From Octopus vulgaris (taxonomy: Eukaryota), in assembly GCA_951406725.2 (NCBI GenBank), contig OX597828.1, positions 39,494,001 through 39,558,000 on the forward strand: a DNA stretch of 64,000 nucleotides, in the 5' to 3' direction. Below the pieces are notes generated by a model. It saw only the letters and a list, made by a program, of their open reading frames with translations, searched no databases and was not told the origin of the DNA. Positions 13,347 through 25,887 of this stretch are shown piece by piece. Numbering within the stretch: position 1 is the first letter of the stretch; every line of letters begins with the position of its first letter. The translations under genes and the position numbers were made by a program.

Positions 13347-15422
13347 TTTTGGTTTGTTTGTTTTTTACACACACACACACATATACATAATATATATACA
13401 CTATATAGTCATACTTTTATTTGTATACACACACACACACACACACATGAATGAAAACACGCATGCGCACTTATAAATTTATTTTGTAAACAAAACAATT
13501 ATTTTCTGCAAGTTAATGCAGACAACCCCAAAACTATAAGTGAAAAAGAATTTTCCGTTTTTTTTTTTTTTTGCTAACCCCGTCATTATTTGTAAATGAG
13601 AGTAAGTTCCCGTGACGGAAGTCTGGAATATGTCACCAACATATGTTGGACTTTCTCCGTTTTGAAAAGGAATTTTCAAATGCCCATGGGTGTGTTTGGC
13701 TGTTCCAACGCCCAAGTCCCGCCATCGTCCACTATTAACGCTGCGAGCGTTTTGGTTAACTTTAATAAGTTCCGTTGACCCTTATGGTGTGCGACCAAAT
13801 GTAGAATACTTATGTGATTAAGTATGCAGTAACAGTTGTATGAAAGAAATTAAACGAAGTTAAAATTGAAAAAAAATTAATTAAATTAATTTACTCTCCG
13901 CGAAAATTGGTTCAATTTTTTTTTTCACCAGCGCTTCAAAATGATAGATTAGATCGGCGGGGATTTTTCCAATTTACTCTTTTACTCTTTTACTTGTTTC
14001 AGTCATTTGACTGCGGCCATGCTGGAGCACCACCTTTTAGTACTTATTCTATCGGTCTCTTTTTGCCGAACCGCTAGGTGACGGGGACCTAAACACACCA
14101 GCATCGGTTGTCAAGCAATGCTAGGGGGACAAACACAGACACACAAACACACACACATATACATATATATACATATATACGACAGGCTTCTTTCAGTTTC
14201 CGTCTACCAAATCCACTCACAAGGCATTGGTCGGCCCGGGGCTATAGCAGAAGGCACTTGCCCAAGATGCCACGCAGTGGGACTGAACCCGCAACCGTGT
14301 GGTTGGTTAGCAAGCTACTTTATTTTTTTTTACGCTTCGCCCTCGGAAATGATAGAGGAAAGCATTTTAAGAAAAAAAACATTTTGAAAATCTGGGGGGT
14401 TTTTTTTCAATTCCCCTGCTCCCACCATGGGGTCGAATTTGGTCTTTTTTTTTTTTTTTTTGCACTCCGCACTTTAAAACGATGGGAGAAGTCTTTTCGT
14501 TAAAAACGAATTTGGAAAATACTTCCAGACGAAAAAGTGAAAGGAAGCCTGGCTGTTGTTTGTAGCACATCCCACGACGACGTGATACCTTCCGCGTTTC
14601 TCTCCCCCTCCCCGGCACCAAGCGAGTCCGCGTGTATATGTTTGTGTGTCTTTAAGGAAAATAAATATATATTTACTAACAGAAAAGTATTCTATTAAAA
14701 ATAAATGGAAAATTTATGGCTTTTTCAACCCCACATCCTTTGTGTCTATAATTTCAAAACAGTGAAGTGTCATTGCTGGGATTTATCCACAGTGATTTTT
14801 AAAAAGTATGTTGAAGACATTTTATTTTAATAGCATATTTTTCTGTTAGTGAATATGTTTTTTCCTACATGCATACATACACACTCTCACAGACTCAGTT
14901 GGTGGGGGTTAAAAATTTAAATTACAAAATTTTTTAATGGTTGCTTAAATCCCTACAAACGGACTACTCTTGGACTAAAAACTTCTGCATTATCATTCCA
15001 TAAAATGTGTTTATGGGAAGAAAAATGTTGAGAAACATCAATACTTGTCAGAGTGACAAAGAAACATGGAAGGTACCAGGTGGTCGTGGGACGTGTTAGA
15101 AACAACAGCTAAATCTCCCATAAATCATACACCTTTTAGTCTGAAAATATTTTCAAATTTTTTTTTTTTAACAAAGAGGCTTTTCCCATCGTTTTTAAGT
15201 AATTAGAGCAATCAATTCACCAAAATCAGTCTGGAGGTGGGAGAAGTGGGGTGTGAAAAAATCATAAATTTTCAAACATTTCTTTTTCTCATAAAAACCT
15301 TCCTCACCATCTATCATTTGAAAAATGCCACCCCTAAATGCCACACATTCACTCATATGCCTATATATATTGTTTTATTTTTTACTTCCTTTAATACATA
15401 CATACATACATACATACATACA

Positions 15423-15469
<47 letters not shown>

Positions 15470-16139
15470 ATGTATGTCTAGACACTGGCGTGGATCTGTG
15501 GTAAGAAGTTTACTTCTCAACCACATGATTCTGGGCTCAGTCCAACTGCGTGGCACCTTGGGCAAGTGTCATCTACTTTATCCTTGGGCTATCCAAGGAT
15601 AAAGTATGAATGGATTTAGGAGATGGAAACTTAAAGAAACCTTTTGTAATGACTTTTGGCATTATATCATACTTGAGAAGAAGACCCATCAAGCTGAGTA
15701 AAATCACAGTCATGGCAGATACTAGTGTCACACAAATGGCACACACACACACAGAGGCATAGACACTCTCTCTCACTTTCTCCCCATTCCTCACCCTCTT
15801 TTACAATCCTATATCTCTCTCCCCCCCTACACACTCAATGATACTATAAAAAGAGACGAACACTCTCAAACAAATTCAAGTCTGAAGATTCTACTAGAGT
15901 AGATGCAAGCGCTAATATATGATTTAGAAAATCATGTGACATTTTGATAAAAATCTGTAAATGTATAACCATCCAGATTTCTGAGTACCTTATTTTTTCT
16001 AATATATACCTGTACATCACCTCCAAACCTTCTAATATATATATATATATATGTAGAGAGAGAGAGAGAGAGAGAGACAGAAACAGAGGGAAACTAGCTT
16101 TGTATGTGGAAGGAGCACAGGTACAATAAAAGCTGAAAA

Positions 16140-16720
16140 TGTGTAGAAAATAGACTCCTTCAACTGCCAGGGGTGCAAGCTAGAGGTAGTAGATAGCTTC
16201 CATTATCTAGGTGACCAAGTTAGTAGTGGAGGTGGATGCTCCAAGTGCATAGCTGTGAGAATAAGTTTAGGCTGGGCAAAGATCAGAGAGCTCCTACCAC
16301 TGCTGGCAACAAAGGGCCTCTCTCTCATAGTGAAACACAAATTGTTTGATGCCTGTGTGCGAACAGCTATGCTGTATGGCAGTGAAACATAGGTTATGAC
16401 AGCTGAGGACATGCGTAGGCTTGAGAGAAACGAAGAGTATGCTTCCCTGGATGTGCAATGTCAGTGTGCTTGTTCGACAGAGTGTAAGCATCTTGAGAGA
16501 AAAGTTAGGCATAAGAGGAATCGGATGTGGTGTGCAAGAGAAACAACTGCACTGGCATGGTCATGTGATGTGTATGGACGAGGACAGTTGTATAAAGAAG
16601 TGCCAATCTCTAACTGAAGACATGGAACAAGGTGGTGAAGCATGATCTTCATACTTTGAACTTCATGGAGGCAATGACTGGTGACCAAGACCCTAACCCT
16701 TTATAACCACAATAACAGCA
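16140..16720 (+). mobile_element. RTE-clade LINE 3' fragment (end of RT ORF)
   Basis: EVVDSFHYLGDQVSSGGG...GWAKIRELLPLL...CVRTAMLYGSET...MCNVS...LREKLGIRGI...WHGHVM, with stops and frameshifts. Confidence 0.85.
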
Positions 16721-19700
16721 TGCCTCTTCATTTCTTGAGTAAGCTGAGGGTCTGCCATTATTATTTTCTGAAACAAAGATTATACAGAGTTGGCAAAATT
16801 GCAGCAATGACCCCAAAACATTGTATGTCCTCAAGTACTTTACACACCCTGTATATGTGAGTGTGTGTGTGTGTATTTATGTATTAATTATTAGTGACAG
16901 AAGCACAGAAACTAATTTTACCAAAAGCTAATCTTCTTCATATCTAATTGAATGTGGATGTCTTGTTAGAACACATAAAGAACACAAGAACACTTTATGA
17001 CAAAAAAAAAAGATTTCATTGTCTAAGTTTTTATGAATAGAATGTAATATTTCAAATTATTCTTTCAAACTTGAAATTAATGAGATTAAAAATTGTGAAT
17101 AGAATGTCGTATTTGAAATTAAGCTTCAATGGGTCAGTAACAAAATACACACACATACACACACGCACAGGTGCAGGCATGGCTGTGTGATAAGAAGTTT
17201 GCTTCCCAACCACTTGGTAGCAGGTTCAGTCCCACTGTGTGACACCTTGAGTAAGTACTTTCTACTATGGCTCAGGCCAACAAAAGCCTTATGAATGGAT
17301 TTGGTAGACTGAAATTATATATATATACACACGCACACACACACATATACATACATGTGTGTGTGTGTATGTGTCTCTGTGTTTGTTCCACATGACTGTT
17401 TGACAACCACTGTTGGTGTGATTATGCCTCTGTAACTTTGCAGTTTGGCAAAAGAGACCAATAGAATAAGCACCAGGATTAAAAAACTAATACAAAGTGT
17501 GATTGATGCATTCAATTAGAATTCTTCGAGCTGTTGTCTCAGCATGACTGTAGTCTAAATGATTGGAACACACCCACAAACACACACTCACACTCACACA
17601 CACACACATTCATTCATACATACATACATTCATATGAAACATTTTTAATTTTAGAAATCTATATGAAGAAATTGATCAGATAATGCAGAATGTGAAATTG
17701 TTTTATCACTGTGATACTTTGACCAGTGAGTAATGTCTATGATATTCAGAATGGATAACCAGTATATTTTATTATGAAGGAACCTTGATGCAGATAAGTT
17801 TGTACGTAATGAAGCTTAGATAACATTTGAAGGTTATTTCTGATTTTTTTTTTATTTTAAAGGCTTGTTATGCATCTAAAATTTTGAGGGTGTGGCTTTG
17901 CAAGCCTGTGGTTTGGGATTCAGTCCCAGTACATGGCACCTTGAGTAAGCGTCTTCTACACCAGCCCAACCAACACCTTGTGAATGAATTTGGCAGATGG
18001 AAACTGCATGGAAGCCCAAGATGTGTGTGTGTGTGTGTGTGTATGTTGTAGTGGGAATGCAGAAACAGTATCATGGGTAAACAAAACATTTAGATCCAGT
18101 GTCATGCATGTTTGTTTATGTCCCTGTAAATTAATAGTTCAGCAAAAATGTGAACAGAATAAATACTAGTACTCAAAAATTATTGTGCCCAATTTGTTCA
18201 CCTAAACCCTTCAAGGCAGTGACCCAGCATGGCTATTGTAACTATCTGTATAGTACTATCTATTAGATATCTACATAGAACTGTCTATAAGATATAGTAC
18301 TATCTATAAATGTACAATTATCTACATATCTGACTATCTATGTATTTGTCTATGTATCTATCTGATTATCTAAGAATCAGGCAATGGATTAGCAGAACCA
18401 TGTGATTGATTGACTAAGCCTTGATGTATTTGTTCTGACTTACCTTGTTTTATGTTCAAACCCCACTGAGGTCAGATTTGGTTCTCATCCTTCCCAAGGC
18501 TGATAAAACAACAGCCAGGGCAGTAGAATGCCTTGCAATATGGGTTGTCACTTAAGTATGCAGCCTACATGGCCATTTACACTTTAGCATGTGGTCTACC
18601 CGACCATTTGTACTTTAGTGTGTCATCTAACTATACCCTAACTCCTAACCCTAACCCAGATCAGGTTGTTTCACAGCATAAACTACAGATATTCCAGTAG
18701 ACTGCATGTTAAAGTAGCACGGAGTATTATTTTCTACTCTAGACACAAGGCCCAAAATTTTGGGGGAGGGGGCCAGTCGATTAGATTGACCCCAATATGC
18801 AACTAGTGCTTAATTTATCGACCCTGAAAGGATAAAAGGCAAAGTTTACCACGGCAGAATTTGAACTCAGAACGTAAAGACAGACAAAATACCTATTTCT
18901 TTACTACCCACAAGGGGCTAAACACAGAGGGGACAAACAAGGACAGACATAGGTATTAAGTCGATTACATCGACCCCAGTGCGTAACTGGTACTTAATTT
19001 ATCGACCCCGAAAGGATGAAAGGCAAAGTCGACCTCGGCGGAATTTGAACTCACAACGTAACGCAGACGAAATACCGCTAAGCATTTCGCCCGGCGTGCT
19101 AACATTTCTGCCAGCTCGCTACCTTAAAGTAACACCCAATATTGTTTGAGTTCTTTATGTTCTTTGTTCAAATCTCACTGAAATCCGCCTTCCCGTTCAT
19201 ACTTCCCAAGTTCATGACATAAGATACTAGTATGGGATACTGGATTGTTAGAATTGTTAAAACATCAGACTAAATGCTCGGTAGAATTTGTTCCAACTCT
19301 TTATATTCTGAGTTTTACTTCAACAACGCTAGTATCCAAGCTATTTCAGCCTCTGCCCTTTCTATTTTGGATAACATTGGTGACATTAAAAGGGAAGACC
19401 TGCTGCATGCCCAAGCATGTAACCTGGTAAGGAACTTTCCAGATGCAAATTTACGGTTTCACATGATCAGATGTCTTAAATAATGTATGTGCATATGTAT
19501 CTTTTATCTTTTTTACTTCTTTCAGTCATTAGTCAGAAACATTACTGGGGCATTGCCTTGAAATAATTTTAGTTGAATAGATCAACCCCAGTACACACAC
19601 ACATATATACATATATATATGATAGGCTTCTGTTCAGTTTCTGCCTACCAAATCCACTCACAAGACTTTGGACAGCTTGAGGTTATAATAGAAGACACTT

Positions 19701-20165
19701 GCCCAAGGTGCCATGCAGTAGAACTGAACCCAGTACCGTGTGATTGGGAAGCAAACTTCTTACCACACAGCAACACCGGCATATATTCATCTCTAAAAAT
19801 CAATTTTAGGTTGCTATTTTAAAGAAATTTAAAAATAACAACAGAGTATTTTCTCATGGGAAGATCAATACTAAGAGTCAAATTTGTTATGAAGTTCATA
19901 CTGACTGTAACTATAAGCTTTGCCTAATGGCCTACTTGAATAGCCAGATAGGACGACTGATTTTTAAATCCTCAGACAGCCAGATCTTAACAACTCCTTT
20001 ACATGTGGTTGCACTGAAACCCTGTCAAACTTATGTTTGAAGGTTATGTATTCAGTGGTTGTGGTGATTGGATTCAGTCGAATATGAATTTAGGTTTATT
20101 TGAAGCTTGGAGTAACTTACTTTGTGATTCTACATTGTAATATATATATATATATAATATATAAT

Positions 20166-20227
<62 letters not shown>

Positions 20228-20480
20228 CAGTCAGATAGATAGACAGATATGTAGATAGATGGATAGATAGATAGACAGACAGATAGGTTGATAGAAATAT
20301 AGATAGATAGATAGATAGACAGTCAGATAGGTAGATAGACAGATAGGTAGATAGATAGATAGACAGATAGATAGATAGACAGATAGGTAGATAGATGGAT
20401 AGATAGATAGACATACAGATAGGTTGATAGATAGACAGGTAGGTAGGTAGGTAGGTAGATAGATAGACTGATAGATAGAT
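20166..20480. repeat. (GATA)n/(GACA)n compound microsatellite
   Basis: About 300 bp of gata/gaca/ggta tetramers. Confidence 0.97.
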
Positions 20481-20648
20481 TAGAAATAAAGCTGAGAATA
20501 TCGCTTTAAAAAAATCTTTCCAATATTTCTTTGCCAACCTGACCTACTTGAAACTTTAATTTTTTCTCCTCACAAATCAAGGATATTAACTATTTCACTG
20601 TAAAAATAGCCTCAAAAGCTATCAGACAAAAAGACCAAAGAATATTAA

Positions 20649-20842
20649 TACGTCACGTCACACGTGAATGAATGCTGGCATTCAACGTGAAACATTAAAA
20701 ATGGGTGCGGGTATAAGTATTGTACATATAGTGCGAGTAGGTGTATTGAAATATACATATAATACATAGACACACCTGCTCACACACACACATGTATGTA
20801 TAACATATATACATACATACATACGCATTCTTTATCACGTGA
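20649..20842 (+). promoter_or_regulatory. CRE/ATF-half-site and E-box cluster (putative promoter of BH3-only candidate)
   Basis: ACGTCA twice (20650-20660), CACGTG (20661-20666) and TCACGTGA (20835-20842) in a CpG-retaining stretch. Confidence 0.4.
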
Positions 20843-20859
20843 TGCCGTCACGAGTTATC

Positions 20860-21144
20860 GTTCTTGATATTTTTTCTTTTCTGCTTCATAATTTATTTAT
20901 TTTTTTACATCACGATTCTTGTTATTCTTCGATGTCTTCCAAGAAAGTCGTCTCGTGTGTAACATCTTGTCGTTCGGAAAGCTTTATACGTCTTCCTCTT
21001 AACGGATCCTGTTGATACACAACACAGTAACAGCTCCTGTAAGTCGATTTACTCTTTATTTTGTTTATAATTTCCTTTTTTCCAATATCCAATATCGGTT
21101 TTAATTTATTTCTGATTTTTTTTGACAAGCTACCACCTGTCCAG
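20860..21144 (+). other. Probable first (5'UTR) exon of the BH3-only candidate; 5' end approximate
   Basis: CpG-retaining unique sequence ending at a strong donor CAG|GTATGT (21145), downstream of a CRE/E-box cluster. Confidence 0.45.
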
Positions 21145-21556
21145 GTATGTTTAGTCATTATATATTTTTAAGTGTTTTAATTTTTATTGTTCCTTTCTAA
21201 TTCTAAGTATTTCACTATTAACTTGTAGCTTTCAAGTATAACTATGTTTTACTAAGAAGAAAATATTTAATTTATTTTTGGAGTTGTATGGGTTTTAATC
21301 AGTCTTTTTCGAAAATCTACTATTTCCGCGTCTACCGTAACTTGGAGTTGTTATTTTTCTTACATTGACATATGTCTTCTTAAAAGAATGATCGAATTAT
21401 CGACCTAAACCGAACGATTACTATTGGGAATTAAAACTTGTTTTGCCTGATTGTCAATTTATACTTTGTATTGTCTTCGCGCACTTGACATTCCTCAACA
21501 TGGCTGGGTTTTTCCTCGATAGATTCACTTTCACATCTTTTATTTTTGATCGCCAA

Positions 21557-21653
<97 letters not shown>

Positions 21654-23953
21654 GTTTTATTTTACTAAAGGTATTCCAGTGATGGCCACCTCGTTTACTT
21701 TGGATGTGGTGGTCTTTAAGATTATTCTATCTAATGTGTACCAGTCTTTATTTTAATGTGATGGAGTTTGATTTAGGCGAAATTTGGTTGCAATTTTTAG
21801 CAGGTCGAGTGATTACATAGATGCTGTTTCTCAATCCTAGCTCTTGACCATGTTAACTAGTCCCTTTTCTGGACCCAGTCTAGCCACCAGCCGCGCGCTA
21901 TTTTCATATCTGTCTATAGTAGTTATTGGAATTAGTGAGACATAATCCTCTAGGTCGTCGTCGTGTTGCCGGCTTCGTAAGTCTATACGAAGAAGTAACA
22001 CCCTATATTCTCTTTTGACTTTTTTTCTCGTCTTTTATGACAATCCTTGTCTTGTTTTCTATTATAATTCATTCACATCTAGGATACTCTACCTTACAAG
22101 AATATTAAATTGATCTCCAATACTTAGTTGAATAGAATTTTATTTTAACGACACCGGAAAACAAAACTTGGTTCAATGGTATTTGAACTCTCAAGGTAAA
22201 GGGCTGTAAAAAAAAAATTGCATTTTATCCAACCTTCTAATGAAAATCCAAAGCTTAGCTGATGCATTCCTTTGCAGAATTCTTTTCACTTAATACCGAT
22301 TAACAATGGTTGCTATTTTTAACCGTTCAATAAGCCCCTTGTTAGCTCACATTTTATGTATATGGTACTGTGGTATGTAGTAAATTCTCAGTTCATTGTT
22401 TCTCATTTACCCCACAAAGTTGTTTTGGAAATGCATGAATGTCATAACAGCACAGATATTATAAAATTATTTTTCGTCAATGACACTTGTTTTAAAAATT
22501 CCTGAAATATAGTTCTTAAGAAACAGTGGTGAATGTATCAACAAGCAGAGACAACATTGTTCAGATCCAGAAAAAGACCACCTCTCTGATCAGTTTGTGT
22601 TGTACTACAAAGCTATTTGCAACCTGCATGCAGGGACTACAGCTCTCATCCTTGGCTCAGGTGCATCTGTTTCACACTCAAACATTTTACATTAAAATAC
22701 ACTGAAAATGAGTCCCTCACTAACACATAACCAGTGCCATCTTAAAGGAAGGACATGCTCAGGGATCCCACGAGTCTCCAGGCTGAATTCTAATCTAAAT
22801 ATGTTTGTACTCCAATGCATTGTTTCCTAAATACTGTTGAGACTACTCTGATAACAACTGCTGCCCCACAGATGGAATGTATTGTTTGTGTCCCTCATAC
22901 AAACAACCACAGCTGCTGACCTCCTGTGAACTAGCCAGCTGTATAAGTGATGCTCCAGTTTCTCCTTTTCCCCTCCTCTCATCATATTTGAGATCTCTAA
23001 CTCACTAGCACTTTACTCTGTCCTCTTTTCCTCTGAACTGTATCCCTCTTGAATTCCCACTTCTCCCTAGGTTCACAACTCAAGATATTCTGGTATGATT
23101 TGAGAGAGATTTGACTACAAATTCTAGCAGGTTGAGTGACCCAGAGGCTTCCTTGTGCATTTTCTTTAGAGGTATCAACTTACAAATGTTCATACTGAAC
23201 AATAATCTCATTGGCACTGCATTTTAAAAATACTTAATTTGAAGTGTTTGATGCATCTGAGCAGAACATACTAAATGCATTATAATATTTAGCATTGTAC
23301 TTCTATCTACATCCGGGATCAACAACTTCTCATCATTTTAATGCTACACTTAGATGGAGCAGTGGGGGTCATATTTGCCCATAGTCCACATATATATTAC
23401 ATAATCTTACATATAAAAATTTCCCCTTGTATCTCCCTCCCATTGTCATCACTGGTAATATGTATGTGCAACAAAGGACACGCTGAATAGCCTTCAACAA
23501 CCCACAAATGCATTAGATTTTAAACATGTTTAGAAATGGTCTGCGTCCCATAGAGAACATCTCAATGGTTACATGTGGGCCACCTCCCCATGTGTTGTCA
23601 ACCTCTGTTCTACATCATCAACTCAAAGCCTGCTTCATCTTTTGGCTTCATCTTTTGTCTGCAGGTTTGATAGAGCAAGTAACAATGATACACTTGTGAT
23701 ATCTAGTTGCAGTCTTTACATTTTTGTATTCTAAGTTCAAATCTCAGTGTTGACTTTACCTTCTGGAACAATGATACTAGTCTCATGAACTCCCTTCCTC
23801 CAAATCTTGAACCCTAACATAATTAAGAATCAAGACTAGAGTGGGATTTGGTTCAAATAACAACAGATTCTTATCTTCTTCCATAAGTAAAATAACACAG
23901 TATTTCAAAATTAATGTCCTATAATTTCTTATATGTCTTTATTTTATTTACAG

Positions 23954-24018
23954 ATTTTGATACACTTTCAAAACAAAGGAAAATTCTGTTCAGAAAATCT
24001 GGAAGAAAAGTTTATTTG
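23954..24018 (+). other. Probable 5'UTR exon of the BH3-only candidate
   Basis: Acceptor tctttattttatttacag| and donor G|gtaaat flank a 65-nt unique segment upstream of the coding exon. Confidence 0.5.
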
Positions 24019-25079
24019 GTAAATAAAAATGAATATATTAAAATTTTTTTCTCTCTAGAATCTAATTTTTAAGCTAAAGAGTTTACATTTTTTTAGCTTG
24101 AAAACACTCTTGGTCTTAATATACAAACTTCATGTTTTAGAGTGGTCTACATTAAAATCTTCTGTCAGAATTTTATGTTAACTTATGTTTCTAATATTAG
24201 GCTTATGACTGTGGCCATGCTGGGGCACTGCCTTGAAGAACTTTTTCTCCCTTTTTTTTTTAGTTGAACGAATTGATACCAGATTTTTGTTTTAAGTCTG
24301 GTACTTATTTTATTGGTGTCTTTTACTGAACCACTAAGCTGCACACCAACACCAATTGTCAAGTGGCAGTGGGGAACAAACACTGACACATATACACCAC
24401 ACATACATGTATATATATATATGTACACGACCTTCTTTTCAGTTTCTGTTTACCAAATCCACTCATAAGGTTTTGGTCAGCTTGAGACTATTGTAGAAGA
24501 CACTTGCCCAAGGTGCCACACTGTGGGATTGAGCCTGGAACCCTGTAATTGGGAAGCAGACTCCTCACACATCCACAAACTCAAATATGATGTCTTCAAT
24601 ATAGCATTTTTTAAAGAAAAGCTCTGCTCCCCACTCTCTCTCTGTATATATCCTTAAAAATGTTTTAGCCCGAAGGCCGCGGCCATGCTGGGGCACCACC
24701 GCTGTGAAACAGTCGTACTGCATCACCTCTGGATATCCTGTCGCTTATTTTGAAGTTGTACGGATAACACCGCACTCATTTTTGGTGCTTTTTAAAGTGT
24801 AGAAACATCAGTTAGTTACACCATCATCCTCATTTAACGTCCAGTTTCCATGCTGGCACAGGTTGGATGGTTTAACATGGAGCTGACCACCTGGGTTGCT
24901 GTCCAGATTGTAATTGTCTGTTGTGGCATGGTTTCTATGGCTGGATGCCTTTCCTAATACCAACCGTTTTATAGAGGGTGCTGCATTTATGCTGCACTGG
25001 CATAAGTGCATTTCAGGTAACACCAGAAGAAAGCAATTTTGCTTAGCTTGGCATATCTTCTCAAGTACAGCAAAACGCT

Positions 25080-25350
25080 ACAACTACCGGTCCCTTTTCA
25101 TTTCCTCAGTGAAGCCCAGCATCTAAAGATCCTTTCCCACCACTTTGTCCCACATCTTCCTGGGTCTACCCCCTCCACAGATTCTCTCTGCTATTAGAGC
25201 TCAGCACTTCTTTTTGCAGCTGTCCTCATCCATATGCATCACATGACCAAACCAATGCAGCCTTCCCCCTTGCATACAACATCTGATACTTTTTATACCC
25301 AATTTTCCTCTTAAATCATTTACACTTTGTCATGCATGCACACTACGTTG
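25080..25350 (-). mobile_element. RTE-clade LINE 3' remnant
   Basis: Reverse strand resembles the 16.4-16.7 kb copy (LHWFGHVMHMDEDSC...GRPRKMWD). Confidence 0.65.
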
Positions 25351-25611
25351 AGTTTTGGACCAGCATTTTATGTATGCATAGCATTAGTTATATTGATATA
25401 GCTTCAGGAATGCTTGTTAGTTAATTTTTCAAGTTATCACATTTGATGAGGATTTCAGAAAAACTATTTATGTTAGAAATGACTTTGACAATGTATCATT
25501 CAAGAAATGTGAGCTTCACTTTCTACAGTATTATCCATTTCTTTATTTTTGTAGGATTGACTTCTGAACTAATATTGTATAAGAAATACATATATATAGT
25601 TATATATATAT

Positions 25612-25887
25612 ATGTCTGGAGAAAATTGCTACGTGTGTTCTTCCCAAATGGCTAATCCTGCTGATCTGAATATGGCTGTTGACCCAGATAATTCTGGAAG
25701 TAGTTCAGAATCTAGTCCAGATGTCAACATATATGACCACTGTGGACAGATTCTCCGGCTCCTGGGCGACAGTTTTTATTGGATGACATGTGGTAGAAAA
25801 CTTCAGTTGATTGCCGACAAATTTTATTGTGTACAGATATTACTTCGCCTAACATTGCAAGATGCCATGCCCTATTCACCCATTTAA
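25612..25887 (+). CDS. Candidate BH3-only protein with two tandem BH3 motifs (91 aa)
   Basis: Non-repetitive ORF just 3' of a strong acceptor (ctttatttttgtag|25555), with an in-frame stop upstream of the ATG. A Ser/Asp/Pro-rich N-terminus is followed by CGQILRLLGDSFY (25741-25779) and CGRKLQLIADKFY (25789-25827), both fitting LxxxG/ADxF. A long AU-rich region follows. Confidence 0.72.
   Translation: MSGENCYVCSSQMANPADLNMAVDPDNSGSSSESSPDVNIYDHCGQILRLLGDSFYWMTCGRKLQLIADKFYCVQILLRLTLQDAMPYSPI

Noticed and set aside
18630-18660. Interstitial telomere
   Set aside because: Only about 4 degenerate TAACCC units, internal to a MITE-like element.
21846-21864. p53 response element near the BH3-only candidate
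   Set aside because: The two CWWG cores are spaced 8 rather than 10 bp and the flanks mismatch; not a canonical site.
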